From NCBI GenBank assembly GCA_035285865.1, contig JAYKHS010000007.1, forward strand, positions 45,240-109,239: 64,000 bases of DNA, in the 5' to 3' direction. Both the position numbers and the translations under genes were made by a program. Source of the stretch: Candidatus Sericytochromatia bacterium (lineage in GTDB: Bacteria > Cyanobacteriota > Sericytochromatia > S15B-MN24 > VGJW01). The notes under the pieces are model-generated. The model saw only the letters and a list, made by a program, of their open reading frames with translations, was not told the DNA's origin and made no database searches. Positions 17,777 through 27,733 of the stretch are shown here, one piece after another. Position 1 is the first letter of the stretch. The number at the start of each line of letters is the position of its first letter.

Positions 17777-20245
17777 ATGGAAGCAGCAATCTGGGGGGGG
17801 ATGGCCGTACTGGCCATCGGCCTCCTCTATGCCAGACAGGGATACTGGGCGTGGGTCGTGCCGGGCGCGGCCGGCCTGACGTGGTGGTGGCAGCAGGGTG
17901 GCGTGGAGACCACCGGCTTCCAGGCTGCGGCCGGGCTCTGGGCGTCGGCGGCCGTGCTCTTCGGCGTCGCGCCGCTGCGTCGGGCCCTGTTGTCGGGCGG
18001 CATCATGAAGTTCGTGACGACCATCCTGCCCAGGATGGGCGAGACCGAGCGCATCGCACTCGAGGCCGGAACCGTCTGGTGGGATGGGCAGATCTTCTCG
18101 GGCAACCCCGACTGGAGCAAGCTCCTGAACTTCCGGGTCCAGCCCCTGTCCGCCGAGGAACAAGCCTTCATGGACGGACCCGTCGAGAAGGTCTGCTCGA
18201 TGATCCACGACTTCAATGCCGAGCAGGCGGGTGACCTGCCCAAGGAAGTCTGGGACTATCTCAAGCGCGAGAAGTTCCTCGGGATGATCATCCCCAAGGC
18301 CTACGGCGGACTTGAGTTCTCGGCCGCCGCGCAGTCGGCGGTGATCGTCAAGCTGGGCAGCCGCAACGGCACGGCCGCCGTAAGCGTGATGGTGCCCAAC
18401 TCGCTTGGCCCTGCGGAGCTGCTGCTGCACTACGGCACGGAAGACCAGAAGAACTACTATCTGCCCCGCCTCGCCATCGGCGAAGAAGTCCCGTGCTTTG
18501 CCCTGACAGGTCCCGAGGCCGGCTCGGACGCGGGTGGCACCCAGTCCACGGGCGTCGTCTGCCGCGGGATGTGGGAAGGCAAGGAAGTCCTTGGCATGAA
18601 GCTGAACTGGCGCAAGCGCTACATCACGCTGGCCCCGGTGGCCACCGTGCTGGGCCTCGCCTTCAAGCTGCTCGATCCGGATCACCTGATCGGCGACAAG
18701 GACGATCTGGGCATCACCTGCGCCCTGGTTCCGGCGGACCTGCCCGGCATCGAGATCGGCGAGCGCCATGACCCTCTGGGCAACAGCTTCATGAACGGTC
18801 CGACCTTCGGAACGGATGTCTTCGTGCCGCTCGACTTCATCATCGGCGGACAGAAGATGGCCGGCCAGGGCTGGCGCATGCTGATGGAGTGCCTGGCGGC
18901 CGGACGGTCGATCTCGCTGCCCGCCTCGGCCTGTGCCGCGGCCCAGGGTTGCACGCGGGCGGCAGGTGCGTACGCGACGATCCGCGAACAGTTCGACATG
19001 CCCATCGGTCGCTTCGAGGGCATCGAGGAACCTCTGGCGCGCATCGGTGGCCTCACCTACCTGATCGACTCCATGCGTCGCCTGACGGCGGGTGCCGTGG
19101 ATTCGGGCGAGAAGCCCAGCGTCATCTCGGCCATCGCCAAGCGGTGGGCGACGGAAACGCAGCGGCAGATCGTCAACGACGCGATGGACATCGTGGCGGG
19201 GGCCGGCATCAGCCAGGGCGAACGCAACGTCATCGCCCGGGCCTACCTGAGCACGCCCATCGGCATCACGGTCGAGGGTGCCAACATCCTGACTCGAACG
19301 CTCATCGTCTTCGGGCAGGGGGCCATCCGCTGCCATCCCTTCGTGCAAACCGAGATGCGGGCGTGTGCCGAGAAGAACGTCGCGAAGTTCGACGGGGCCT
19401 TCTGGGGCCACATCAACTTCGTGTTCAGCAATGGGGTCCGGTCCTTGCTGCTGGGCCTGGTGGACGGTGCGTGGGCCCGGCCCGGGCATCGGCATGCCAA
19501 GGTCGCGCGGTATCTTGGCCAACTCAGCCGGATGTCCGCAGCCTTCGCGCTCTGCTCCGATGCCGCGATGGGTACGCTGGGCGGCTCGCTCAAGGGGGCC
19601 CAGAAGCTGTCCGGCCGCTTGGCGGATGCGCTGGCCTACAACTACATGGCTTCCGCTGCCGTGAAGCGCTTCGTCGACGAGGGCTGCAAGCCCGAGCACG
19701 AGCCCTTCATGGACTGGAGCGTGCAGTTCGCCCTGTACCAGATCCAGGAGGCCCTCGACGGCTTCCTGCGTAACCTGCCGCTCCGGCCGGCCGCGTGGGC
19801 CCTCCGGCTGGCCGTGTTCCCCTTGGGTCGCCGTTATGCCCTGCCGGGCGATCGCGTCGGCGGCAAGGTGGCGCGTGCCCTGCTGGATGACCGTCAGGAG
19901 CGTCTGGACCTCACCCGGGACATCTACATTCCTCGGCTGGGCGAGCCTGGCCTCGGACTGTACGAAGAGGCCCTCGACGCCGTCGTGGCCGCACAGCCTG
20001 CCGTCCGCAAGTTGAAGGAAGCCCTGCGCAGCCGCAAGCTGAACAAGTTCCCCGAGCAGACGCAGGTGGAACGGGCGCTCGAGGCCGGCATCCTTACGGC
20101 CGAAGACAAGGCCCTGATGGATCGGGCGGATGCCTTCCGCGACGACGCCATTCAGGTGGACAGCTTCCCGAAGGAGAGCTTCCCCCGGCGTCCCCGGGAG
20201 ATCCACTCCAGCCCGGTGCGGGAGGCGGTGTCGGGGCGGCGGTAG
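17777..20245 (+). CDS. fadE: long-form acyl-CoA dehydrogenase (FadE type)
   Basis: N-terminal TMs, ALEAGTVWWDG, MVPNSLGPAELL, CFALTGPEAGSDA, KRYITLAP, GRSISLP, ITVEGANILTR, C-terminal DUF1974-like region ending IQVD. Confidence 0.93.
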   Translation: MEAAIWGGMAVLAIGLLYARQGYWAWVVPGAAGLTWWWQQGGVETTGFQAAAGLWASAAVLFGVAPLRRALLSGGIMKFVTTILPRMGETERIALEAGTVWWDGQIFSGNPDWSKLLNFRVQPLSAEEQAFMDGPVEKVCSMIHDFNAEQAGDLPKEVWDYLKREKFLGMIIPKAYGGLEFSAAAQSAVIVKLGSRNGTAAVSVMVPNSLGPAELLLHYGTEDQKNYYLPRLAIGEEVPCFALTGPEAGSDAGGTQSTGVVCRGMWEGKEVLGMKLNWRKRYITLAPVATVLGLAFKLLDPDHLIGDKDDLGITCALVPADLPGIEIGERHDPLGNSFMNGPTFGTDVFVPLDFIIGGQKMAGQGWRMLMECLAAGRSISLPASACAAAQGCTRAAGAYATIREQFDMPIGRFEGIEEPLARIGGLTYLIDSMRRLTAGAVDSGEKPSVISAIAKRWATETQRQIVNDAMDIVAGAGISQGERNVIARAYLSTPIGITVEGANILTRTLIVFGQGAIRCHPFVQTEMRACAEKNVAKFDGAFWGHINFVFSNGVRSLLLGLVDGAWARPGHRHAKVARYLGQLSRMSAAFALCSDAAMGTLGGSLKGAQKLSGRLADALAYNYMASAAVKRFVDEGCKPEHEPFMDWSVQFALYQIQEALDGFLRNLPLRPAAWALRLAVFPLGRRYALPGDRVGGKVARALLDDRQERLDLTRDIYIPRLGEPGLGLYEEALDAVVAAQPAVRKLKEALRSRKLNKFPEQTQVERALEAGILTAEDKALMDRADAFRDDAIQVDSFPKESFPRRPREIHSSPVREAVSGRR

Positions 20246-20261
20246 CGCGCCTTCGGACCAA

Positions 20262-20299
20262 GACACCCCCTGTTTCCGGTTTCGGGAGCAGGGGGTGTC
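20262..20299. terminator. stem-loop after fadE
   Basis: gacaccccctg...cagggggtgtc inverted repeat. Confidence 0.7.
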
Positions 20300-20396
20300 C
20301 TCGAAAAGCTGCCTCTGCACGACCATTCATATGGTATGCTTATCTCAGCCAGCGTTTAGATAATTATCGGCTATCTTTGAGCTATAGGAGTCTCCT

Positions 20397-21497
20397 TTGC
20401 ATCGAGTCAACATCGCACTGCGCAGTGTCGTCCCCTTTGCCTTGGCGTGCACCATCGGCCTCGCTGCCTGCGCTCCTGCTTCGACAACCACCACCACTTC
20501 GACCCCTGCTCCCGCAAGTAGCCCCTCGCCCGCAAGTAGCCCCTCGCCCGCAACCAGCCCCTCGCCCGTGGCACAGGTCACGCCAACCCCGACCCTCACC
20601 TTGGGAACGCCTTCGATCGTGGCGAGTTTCGACGCAAGCCAAAGACAGTTCGCTGAGGGCCTCGCGTTGGACAAGTCAGGTGCTTATGCCTACACTGCCA
20701 CGCTCGCCGGCGAGATTTTCAGGGTCAACCTGCAGGATGGCAAAAAACTGCGGGTAGCCACCCTTGAAAACTTTCCGCAGGACACCGAGGAAGGACAACT
20801 ATTTGTAGCGGGGGTTGCCTTCGATGCTGACGAGAATCTTGATATCGCCGTCGCCTACTTCGCCGAAGACGGCAAGTACGAATCTGGTATTTACCGCATG
20901 GCGAAGGGCGGTTCGGTTGCCAGCCTGCGCACACGAGTGCTGGGCTTTCCGAACGGCATTGCCTACGCTCCAGATGGCACGTGCTTCGTCAGCAACTCTT
21001 TCGGCCAGATCTTGACAGTCTCCGCATCAGGGGAGGCTTCCGAGTGGTTCAAAGAGGCTGGGGTGACCAACGGAGATGAGGATTCTGCCTGTGCCACCGG
21101 CTTGGTGATCGGTGCAAATGGCATTCATGTCACCGGTGATGCCGTGTACTTCACCAATTCCGACCGGGCTCAGCTGGTTAAGGTGGTCCGCAAATCCGAC
21201 GGCACGGCAGGAGAGCGGTCCTTCGTTGTGTCCTCCAACTGCGCCACATTCAACGGTGCCGACGGATTGGTCCTGGGTCCCGACGGTAACTTCTACGTAG
21301 CATCCAATAACCAGAATGCCCTGCTCAAGGTCACACCAGCCGGCGCTGTCAGTGTCGTAGCGAGCAGCTCGGTGTTCGCGTTCCCGACCAGCCTGGTCTA
21401 CAGCGCCAAGGACAGCGCGATTTACCTTAGTAATTTCGCCTACGGCGGCGATGTCAATAAGCCGGGTATCGTAAAGGTTCCCGTCCAGAGGAACTGA
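20397..21497 (+). CDS. SMP-30/gluconolactonase-like beta-propeller lipoprotein
   Basis: Lipobox LAAC, (ASSPSP)n stalk, repeated blades AEG, PNG, ANG, ADG, PTS; AGGAG before TTG start; visibly lower GC than neighbours. Confidence 0.8.
   Translation: MHRVNIALRSVVPFALACTIGLAACAPASTTTTTSTPAPASSPSPASSPSPATSPSPVAQVTPTPTLTLGTPSIVASFDASQRQFAEGLALDKSGAYAYTATLAGEIFRVNLQDGKKLRVATLENFPQDTEEGQLFVAGVAFDADENLDIAVAYFAEDGKYESGIYRMAKGGSVASLRTRVLGFPNGIAYAPDGTCFVSNSFGQILTVSASGEASEWFKEAGVTNGDEDSACATGLVIGANGIHVTGDAVYFTNSDRAQLVKVVRKSDGTAGERSFVVSSNCATFNGADGLVLGPDGNFYVASNNQNALLKVTPAGAVSVVASSSVFAFPTSLVYSAKDSAIYLSNFAYGGDVNKPGIVKVPVQRN
20509..20567 (+). repeat. 18-bp tandem repeat encoding the PASSPS linker
   Basis: cccgcaagtagcccctcg x2 plus one variant copy. 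Confidence 0.7.
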
Positions 21498-21515
21498 GAC
21501 CATTGAGGTCGATGC

Positions 21516-21555
21516 TCCCGCGCCCCGCGTTCCTGATGGAACACGGGGCGCGGGA
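21516..21555. terminator. bidirectional stem-loop between convergent genes
   Basis: tcccgcgccccg.gttcc-tgat-ggaac.cggggcgcggga. Confidence 0.7.
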
Positions 21556-21594
21556 TCTCTTGGGAAGTGTGTGAGCGGATGCGCGGACCGTCCT

Positions 21595-22488
21595 TCAGAC
21601 GAGTGCCGTGTCGAGGAACGGGAGTAAGTCCACGATGGCCTGTTCCCGTGGAGTAGGCGGCAAGCCCCGCCGCATCCGCATCTGCACCCACCAGGCGCGC
21701 CCGTGAACCTCGAGCCGGATGCCGAGGCGCACGAGGGGCACGGCCCACGGGTGGTGCTTGCGGGCCAGAAGCACACTACCCGCATAACCCTCACGAATGG
21801 CCTTGGCAAGAACCGCAGGGTCCGACCGCGTGGCCACGCCCTCGTGATGACGAACGTGGATCGCGGGCGCACACGCGATCGTCCAACCCGCCTTGCGCAG
21901 CCGCCATGAAAGGTCGAGGTCCTCGTTGTAGAAGAAGAAGCCCTCGTCGAGCCAGCCGATGGCGTCAAGCGCCTCGCGCCGAAGCAGAAGACAGGTCCCC
22001 GGCAGCCAATTCATCCGGACAAGGCCCCGGCCGCGTCGCCTCCACGGCGCCATCGGCGGCCCCTGGACCCGACCGTCCGGCCAGTGCATCAGGGGCGACA
22101 GGGCACCGAGCGTGGGGTCGGCATCCATGACCGCCACCAGCCTTTCGAGGGCTTGCGGCAGCATGGTGACATCGGAGTTGAGCAGCAAGACATAGGGCGC
22201 AGCTACGTGGCGACCGCCGCGGTTGCACGCAGCCGCAAACCCCACGTTCTCGGCATTCCGCAGGATGACGGCATCCGGTGCCGCCCGCTCCACAACGGCC
22301 AGACTGTCATCCGTTGAGGCGTTGTCGACCACGACCGCCACATAGGACTCGGGAACTGCTGCAGCAGGCAACGCGGCCAGAGTGGACGAGAGGACGGAGG
22401 CACCGTTCAGGTTCGGGATGACGACGACGACCCGCGGTGACGCCTGGAGAGCGGCTGGCGGGACGGATGGTCCGGGGGCATGGGGCAT
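21595..22488 (-). CDS. glycosyltransferase family 2 (rhamnosyltransferase-like)
   Basis: VVIPNLN, VVDNASTD, NVGFAAACNRG, LLNSD, GTCLLLRR, FFYNEDLDLSWR; start uncertain (22488 or 22500). Confidence 0.9.
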   Translation of the reverse strand: MPHAPGPSVPPAALQASPRVVVVIPNLNGASVLSSTLAALPAAAVPESYVAVVVDNASTDDSLAVVERAAPDAVILRNAENVGFAAACNRGGRHVAAPYVLLLNSDVTMLPQALERLVAVMDADPTLGALSPLMHWPDGRVQGPPMAPWRRRGRGLVRMNWLPGTCLLLRREALDAIGWLDEGFFFYNEDLDLSWRLRKAGWTIACAPAIHVRHHEGVATRSDPAVLAKAIREGYAGSVLLARKHHPWAVPLVRLGIRLEVHGRAWWVQMRMRRGLPPTPREQAIVDLLPFLDTALV

Positions 22489-22518
22489 GGGCAAGCCCAT
22501 GCTAGCAGGGCCGCCCGT

Positions 22519-23046
22519 TCAGAAGCCCCACTCACCCACATAGGCTGCGAAGGCCTGCCACTGCCGAAACGGGATGATGCCCGGATCCGCACCCTCAGGC
22601 GTATCCCAGGCCTTCAGGAACTCCCTCCGCAGGCGATAGGCAAGCGGTGCCCCTCCGATCATCAGGTCGTCCAAAGTGCCCACCCATTCGGGAATCTCCT
22701 CCCATCCCGTCACGTGCCGCAGGGTGCGCAGCACGGCAGGGTCACCAAGCTGATCGACTCTGGTCTCGTGCAGCCACCGATCGAGCAGGGCAAGGCGACG
22801 AGGTTGCTCGGCAGGATCCATGAAGGAAACCGTCGTGCGGCAGGACTCGGCCAGATCTTCGAGTGAGCGGAACCAGAACAGCACCGGCCCGACGTCCGGC
22901 AGGTCCGGGAGCCGAACGCAATAGCCCACCAGCGTGGCCGGTGCCACACCGTCCCGGACCAGTTGCGCAAGGGCCCCGAGGGCAATCGGCGGGGCCGGGG
23001 CGCGGACGGGCGTGATGCCGAGATCGGTGACGAGCGTGTCCTGCAC
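22519..23046 (-). CDS. hypothetical protein
   Basis: AAGGAG upstream of GTG, protein-like composition. Confidence 0.6.
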   Translation of the reverse strand: MQDTLVTDLGITPVRAPAPPIALGALAQLVRDGVAPATLVGYCVRLPDLPDVGPVLFWFRSLEDLAESCRTTVSFMDPAEQPRRLALLDRWLHETRVDQLGDPAVLRTLRHVTGWEEIPEWVGTLDDLMIGGAPLAYRLRREFLKAWDTPEGADPGIIPFRQWQAFAAYVGEWGF

Positions 23047-23300
23047 GATGAACTCCTTCCGGAACCCGGTCCGGCCGCGATGCCTTGCATCAACATCTTC
23101 AGGGATTTCTCCTGCCGAAGAACACGTCTTTTCCGGACTCTTGAAAATCCCGGAACATGTTGCCTTGAGCTTGCCGAGACCCCCTGCACGGTGGAAGAAA
23201 CGAAGCCACTGGCGGCGTGCTTGTCAAGGAAAGCACCGGTGCGTGCGGCCGGTCAGCGGGGCATGAACCGAGGATTCTCGAACGGATCGGCGACTCCCTC

Positions 23301-23329
23301 TTGACGCTGACGCCGCGGCTGCCTACGAT
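23301..23329 (+). promoter_or_regulatory. sigma70-type promoter of the ankyrin lipoprotein gene
   Basis: TTGACG, 17 nt, TACGAT. Confidence 0.65.
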
Positions 23330-23387
23330 ATCTTTAACGCCTCATTAATGCGTTCTTCATCAGATACCTTTTACGGAGTGCCCGTTC

Positions 23388-23996
23388 ATGAATAAGTTTC
23401 GTGCGGTGGTGATGGCGGTTGCCCTCGGCAGCGTGGCCGCCTGTGGCCAGGTCTCCCCCGTGGCTCAGGGACAGGCCGTCACGGTCCTGTCGGCCCGCTC
23501 GGCGGCGACCGAAGCGCGGCTCCTCGATGCCGCAGGCAAGGGTCAGACCGAGTCTGTCCGCGCCCTGCTTGATCAGGGTGCGCGGGTCGATGCCCAGAAC
23601 GGCAATGGCTACACGGCCCTCGCCCTCTCGGCTTGGCGCGGCCATCAGTCGACCGTCGCCCTGCTGCTGTCCCGCGGTGCGCAGGTCAACCTCGCGACCG
23701 AGGACCGCAAGACGCCGATCCACTGGGCGGCCGTGGCCGGCCATGCGGGCATCGTCCGGGATCTCGCCGCGGCAGGCGCCCTCGTCGACAACCGTGACAA
23801 GGATGGCTGGACCCCCCTCGCGTGGGCCTCGTTCAATGGCAAGGTGGAAGTCGTGCGGGTCCTTATCGCTGCGGGAGCAGACGTCAATGCCCGCAACGAC
23901 CGCGGCACGACGGTGCTCGAGCTGGCGCGCAACGGCGGCTTCCTGCTGCCCAACTTCGAGTTGCTGCGCATCCTCCGCGAGGCCGGCGCACGCTAA
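23388..23996 (+). CDS. ankyrin-repeat lipoprotein
   Basis: Lipobox VAAC; repeats GYTALALSA..G, KTPIHWAA..G, GWTPLAWA..G, GADVN. Confidence 0.92.
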   Translation: MNKFRAVVMAVALGSVAACGQVSPVAQGQAVTVLSARSAATEARLLDAAGKGQTESVRALLDQGARVDAQNGNGYTALALSAWRGHQSTVALLLSRGAQVNLATEDRKTPIHWAAVAGHAGIVRDLAAAGALVDNRDKDGWTPLAWASFNGKVEVVRVLIAAGADVNARNDRGTTVLELARNGGFLLPNFELLRILREAGAR

Positions 23997-24010
23997 GCCC
24001 CGCCTCTGGG

Positions 24011-24039
24011 GGGCCGGCTCTCGCGCAGGGGGCCGGCCC
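24011..24039 (+). terminator. stem-loop after ankyrin gene
   Basis: gggccggc...gccggccc followed by a T-containing tract. Confidence 0.5.
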
Positions 24040-24126
24040 TTCGTCCGTTTTGCGGACAGGCAGGGCACTTGACCAGTCAGGGAGTCATCCCCGATGATCT
24101 CGCCTGTACCAGAGGAGTCTGCCCCG

Positions 24127-25491
24127 ATGTCCCATCCCTTTCGCAAGGCCGGAGCGTGGTCCGCCGCTTTGATGAGCGTGGCTGCCTGCACCGCCACGCC
24201 GCCCGCCCTCAAGCCCGCGACCGAACTCGCCGGGACCGGCTCCCCCTTGGTCGTCACCCGCGAAGAGCAGATCCAGGCCATCAAGGACACGGTCTCTGCC
24301 GCACAGGGTCTCAGCCGCAAAATGTCGGGCGGCGGTGCCTCGGCTCTGAACAGCGCCCCGGGTAGCCTCAAGGACAGTGGCACTTCGGCGCTCAACAATA
24401 CGGCAGCCCTGAACAATACCTCAGCACTCAACAACACGGCGGCACTCAACAATACGGCCGCCCGCAGGATCCTTGCGGCGGATGTCGCCGGTCGCCTGAC
24501 GCAGGCCGCAGCCACGTGGAAAGCCGATGCCTCGGCCTCGTTCTCCGTGGACTACGACGCGACCACCCGACAGATCACCGCGCTCTCGGGTTCGGACTGG
24601 CGGATCGGCATCGGCATCGAGGGCGGTGGCACGCCCGCACGCCGCGCCCAGGCCTCCCTGCAGAACCTGCCGGACAACTCCAGGGTGGACTTGGCCCTCG
24701 GCATCCGTGCCGACACGTGGACGGCCTTCCCCTTCGGTGTAGAGACGGCGACGGATGGCAGCACGTCTTCCGTGATGCCGTTTGAACTCTTCTACAACCA
24801 GCTGCCCGACCTGGGCACGCTGCAGCAGGTGTCCGTGGATGCCGGCGTCCTCTTCGGGGGGGATGCCGACAAGAGCGCCAGCCTCAAGGTCGTCGCCGAG
24901 GAGTTCAAGGACGCAACCGGAGTGCTTGCGGATTCACCCTCACCGGATGCGTCGGCCTCAACCGCTGCCGCACCGCTGCGTCTGCCCCACCGGCTCTCGG
25001 TCAGGATGACCAGTTCAGGCAACGCCATGGACATGGCCATGACCATGAAGCCGACCGATACCTACGTGGAGATGGACCTGAAGGGCACGGTGGCCCTGAA
25101 AATGCCCAATGGCAAGGCACTCGAGTGGACCGTCGCCAACCGCATCCAGATCGACCCGAAGCGCGAGGCCAGCGACCGCCTGGAGGTCGACTGGACCCTG
25201 CCCGCCAAGTCCATCCGCTTCACCGGCACGGGCACGGCTGCCCCCGATGGCACCGTCACGATCGACGGCCGCTTCGTCTCGACGATCGATGGCACGGAGC
25301 TGGGTCGGACCCGCTACACCACGACGGACAAGGACTCCTCGGGCGGCGTGCTTTCTCCCGCGGTCCTGTTCCCGGACGCGAGCACGCTGGAGCTCAAGGG
25401 CGAGGACTTCGTCGACCTCGGTCCCTACGCCGACAAGCCGGCCTCGGGCAGCTTGAACCCCATCGAACCGGCCACGACCAGCGCGAACTAG
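24127..25491 (+). CDS. hypothetical beta-rich lipoprotein with (S/A)ALNNT repeats
   Basis: AGGAG before ATG 24127, lipobox VAAC, four tandem hexapeptides. Confidence 0.75.
   Translation: MSHPFRKAGAWSAALMSVAACTATPPALKPATELAGTGSPLVVTREEQIQAIKDTVSAAQGLSRKMSGGGASALNSAPGSLKDSGTSALNNTAALNNTSALNNTAALNNTAARRILAADVAGRLTQAAATWKADASASFSVDYDATTRQITALSGSDWRIGIGIEGGGTPARRAQASLQNLPDNSRVDLALGIRADTWTAFPFGVETATDGSTSSVMPFELFYNQLPDLGTLQQVSVDAGVLFGGDADKSASLKVVAEEFKDATGVLADSPSPDASASTAAAPLRLPHRLSVRMTSSGNAMDMAMTMKPTDTYVEMDLKGTVALKMPNGKALEWTVANRIQIDPKREASDRLEVDWTLPAKSIRFTGTGTAAPDGTVTIDGRFVSTIDGTELGRTRYTTTDKDSSGGVLSPAVLFPDASTLELKGEDFVDLGPYADKPASGSLNPIEPATTSAN
24385..24456 (+). repeat. four 18-bp coding repeats, (S/A)ALNNT
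   Basis: tcggcgctcaacaatacg / gcagccctgaacaatacc / tcagcactcaacaacacg / gcggcactcaacaatacg. Confidence 0.8.
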
Positions 25492-25507
25492 CATTCCCGT
25501 ATCGACA

Positions 25508-25543
25508 AGAGCCCCTGCAACCCATATGGATTGCAGGGGCTCT
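25508..25543. terminator. bidirectional stem-loop between convergent genes
   Basis: agagcccctgcaa...ttgcaggggctct 13-bp perfect stem. Confidence 0.75.
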
Positions 25544-25560
25544 CCCGTTTCAAGTCAGAC

Positions 25561-26526
25561 TCAGATCTTCGGCACGACGGCCACGCGCAGGCCGCCCATC
25601 TTGACGTAGCTGTAGGGCATAAGGAAGTAACCACCCGCGGCCCAATCGCTGCCCCACGAGTTCCGGATGACGAGGACCTGCTTCTTGTCGTCGTAACCGA
25701 CGGCCAGAACCGCATGGCCGCCCATGAACTTGTCGTTTTCGGTCGGGATCGGCATCAACCCGTCCTTGCCAGTCTTGCCGATGCTCTGGAAGACCATCAT
25801 GCCGAGCAGCACGGGCATGCCCTTCTCGAGGCTGGTCCGCACGGCAGACAACTTGGTGGCCACGCTGAAACCCGAGACGATCCGCTTCTTCTTGGCTGCG
25901 GCCACGAGATCGGACCCGGGCTTGCGAGAGAGAAAATCCTGACGCAGCTTTGCATCTTCCTGGCCCTTGGCGTCCAGATAGGGGAACGCGGCCTCATCGA
26001 CGGTACCCAGGTTGTCGAGCATCTTGGTCGCCAGCTCCATCGGAGCACCCGAATCCTCGTTGCGCATGCCCATGGCCGCACGCGTCTGGTACCACGTGTA
26101 GGCCGGGGACTGGGGCTCGTCGTTGCCGCGCTTGCGCAGCAGGAACTCCTGCAGACCCTTGACGGTGGCGAAGGACGTGCAGCTGCCGAACTGCCCCTGA
26201 TTGGCCACCGGACTGCACTGACGCCGCAGGTCGACGCTCACGGGGCGGCTGGCCATCGTCTCGAAGCCGATGAGACCCCTGCCATCCTCGCCATCGAGGC
26301 TCACGCCCTTGGCACCCTTGAGGTCGGCACCGAGCCCGAACTTGAATCCAGCCCGCCGCCTGCCATCAAGCAGGGAGAGCTCGTCCATCTCGGCTGCGCG
26401 CGACATCATGGCCGCAGAAACGGGCTGGCCGAGGCCGGGTGCCATGGTGGCCGAGGGCGCGCCGCAACCGGCAAGGGCCGAGAGGGCGAGCAAGCCGGGA
26501 AGCATGATTCGGGTGCGGGTCTTCAT
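25561..26526 (-). CDS. papain-family (C1A) cysteine peptidase, lipoprotein
   Basis: Lipobox LAGC; QGQFGSCTSFA, GGHAVLAVGYDD, IRNSWGSDW..GGY. Confidence 0.93.
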   Translation of the reverse strand: MKTRTRIMLPGLLALSALAGCGAPSATMAPGLGQPVSAAMMSRAAEMDELSLLDGRRRAGFKFGLGADLKGAKGVSLDGEDGRGLIGFETMASRPVSVDLRRQCSPVANQGQFGSCTSFATVKGLQEFLLRKRGNDEPQSPAYTWYQTRAAMGMRNEDSGAPMELATKMLDNLGTVDEAAFPYLDAKGQEDAKLRQDFLSRKPGSDLVAAAKKKRIVSGFSVATKLSAVRTSLEKGMPVLLGMMVFQSIGKTGKDGLMPIPTENDKFMGGHAVLAVGYDDKKQVLVIRNSWGSDWAAGGYFLMPYSYVKMGGLRVAVVPKI

Positions 26527-26571
26527 ATCGGGTCATCGCCCGGGATGCACCCGCGGATTCTTGTCCCGAGG

Positions 26572-27687
26572 TTAACTCATGGCCAAGGATGAACCAAGGC
26601 GACGACGTCCCGCCTCGGCCCAGTCATCCCAAAGCCCCAGCCATACCGCGAGGATCGCCGGACCGAGGAACAGTCCCAGCAGCCCGAAGATCGCAAGCCC
26701 CCCCAGGATGGCGAAGAAGGTCTGCAGGTACGGCAACCGTGTCGCATTGGCAATCACGAGGGGACGCACGAAGTTGTCCACGGTGCTGACCAGCAGGAAA
26801 CCCCAGGCCAGCAACGCCACACCTTGGAGCAGGTTGCCCGTCACGAGCAAGGCCAGCGACGTCGGAATCCAGACGAGGGTCGCCCCGAAGGGCAGCATCG
26901 CCATGACGGCCGTCGCCACGCCGAGCAGGGCCGGAGCCTTGATGCCCACGAGACTGTAGCCGACGGCCGCGACCAATCCCTGGGAGATCGCTGCCCCGAT
27001 GACACCGGCGAAGACGGCACGCAGCGCATCCCGCATGGGCTGTGCGAGCCGCACTGCCCGCTCCCCGAGCAGATGCGTGGCCACGGCACGGGCCTCGCGG
27101 GTGTAGCGCTCGCCGTTGCGGAAGATGAAGAACAGCGTGAAGAGCGCCAGCCCCCCCTGCAGGAAGCCCTTCAGGAAGCTGGCCAAGATGAGGCCACCCG
27201 GTCGGAGCAACGGCAGCACCACCTCGCGTCCCATGAAGCCACCCTTGCGAATGGCTGCCTGAAGATCCTGATAGCCCGCGGCGGCACCCGGAAGCTGCTC
27301 AAGCATGGGCGGCAGGGGCGGGGGAGCCTGCCAGTGGCGCATGAAGGCGTCATAGGTCGGCCCGACCTCCCGTGCCAAGGATGAAACGATGACGCCCGCA
27401 GGCAGCAGCAACACCGCCGCCACGAGCAGCACCGTCGCGCCGGCGGCGAGGTTGACCCGCCCGCGGAACATGTCCCTGATGCGGCTGTAGAGGGGCCAGC
27501 TGATGGCCGCCAGCACGAAGGCCCAAGTGATGGCCTCCCAGAGCGGCCGAAGCAGGATGGCCGTCAGCAGGATCAAGGCCCCGATGGCCACCGGCCAAGC
27601 CAAGGTTGGCGGCAGCAGCCTGTCACCGAACGGTCGCAAGCCGGTCGTCGGGGCACCGGGCCCGGGGGTCACTTCGGGTTGTTCCAT
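26572..27687 (-). CDS. AI-2E family transporter
   Basis: Multiple TMs, LPFGATLVWIP, VDNFVRP, GGL..FG..GLFLGP. Confidence 0.9.
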   Translation of the reverse strand: MEQPEVTPGPGAPTTGLRPFGDRLLPPTLAWPVAIGALILLTAILLRPLWEAITWAFVLAAISWPLYSRIRDMFRGRVNLAAGATVLLVAAVLLLPAGVIVSSLAREVGPTYDAFMRHWQAPPPLPPMLEQLPGAAAGYQDLQAAIRKGGFMGREVVLPLLRPGGLILASFLKGFLQGGLALFTLFFIFRNGERYTREARAVATHLLGERAVRLAQPMRDALRAVFAGVIGAAISQGLVAAVGYSLVGIKAPALLGVATAVMAMLPFGATLVWIPTSLALLVTGNLLQGVALLAWGFLLVSTVDNFVRPLVIANATRLPYLQTFFAILGGLAIFGLLGLFLGPAILAVWLGLWDDWAEAGRRRLGSSLAMS

Positions 27688-27733
27688 GGGGTTCCTGTCA
27701 CGATGCACCTCGGCACGGGCCCATCGTACCCCC

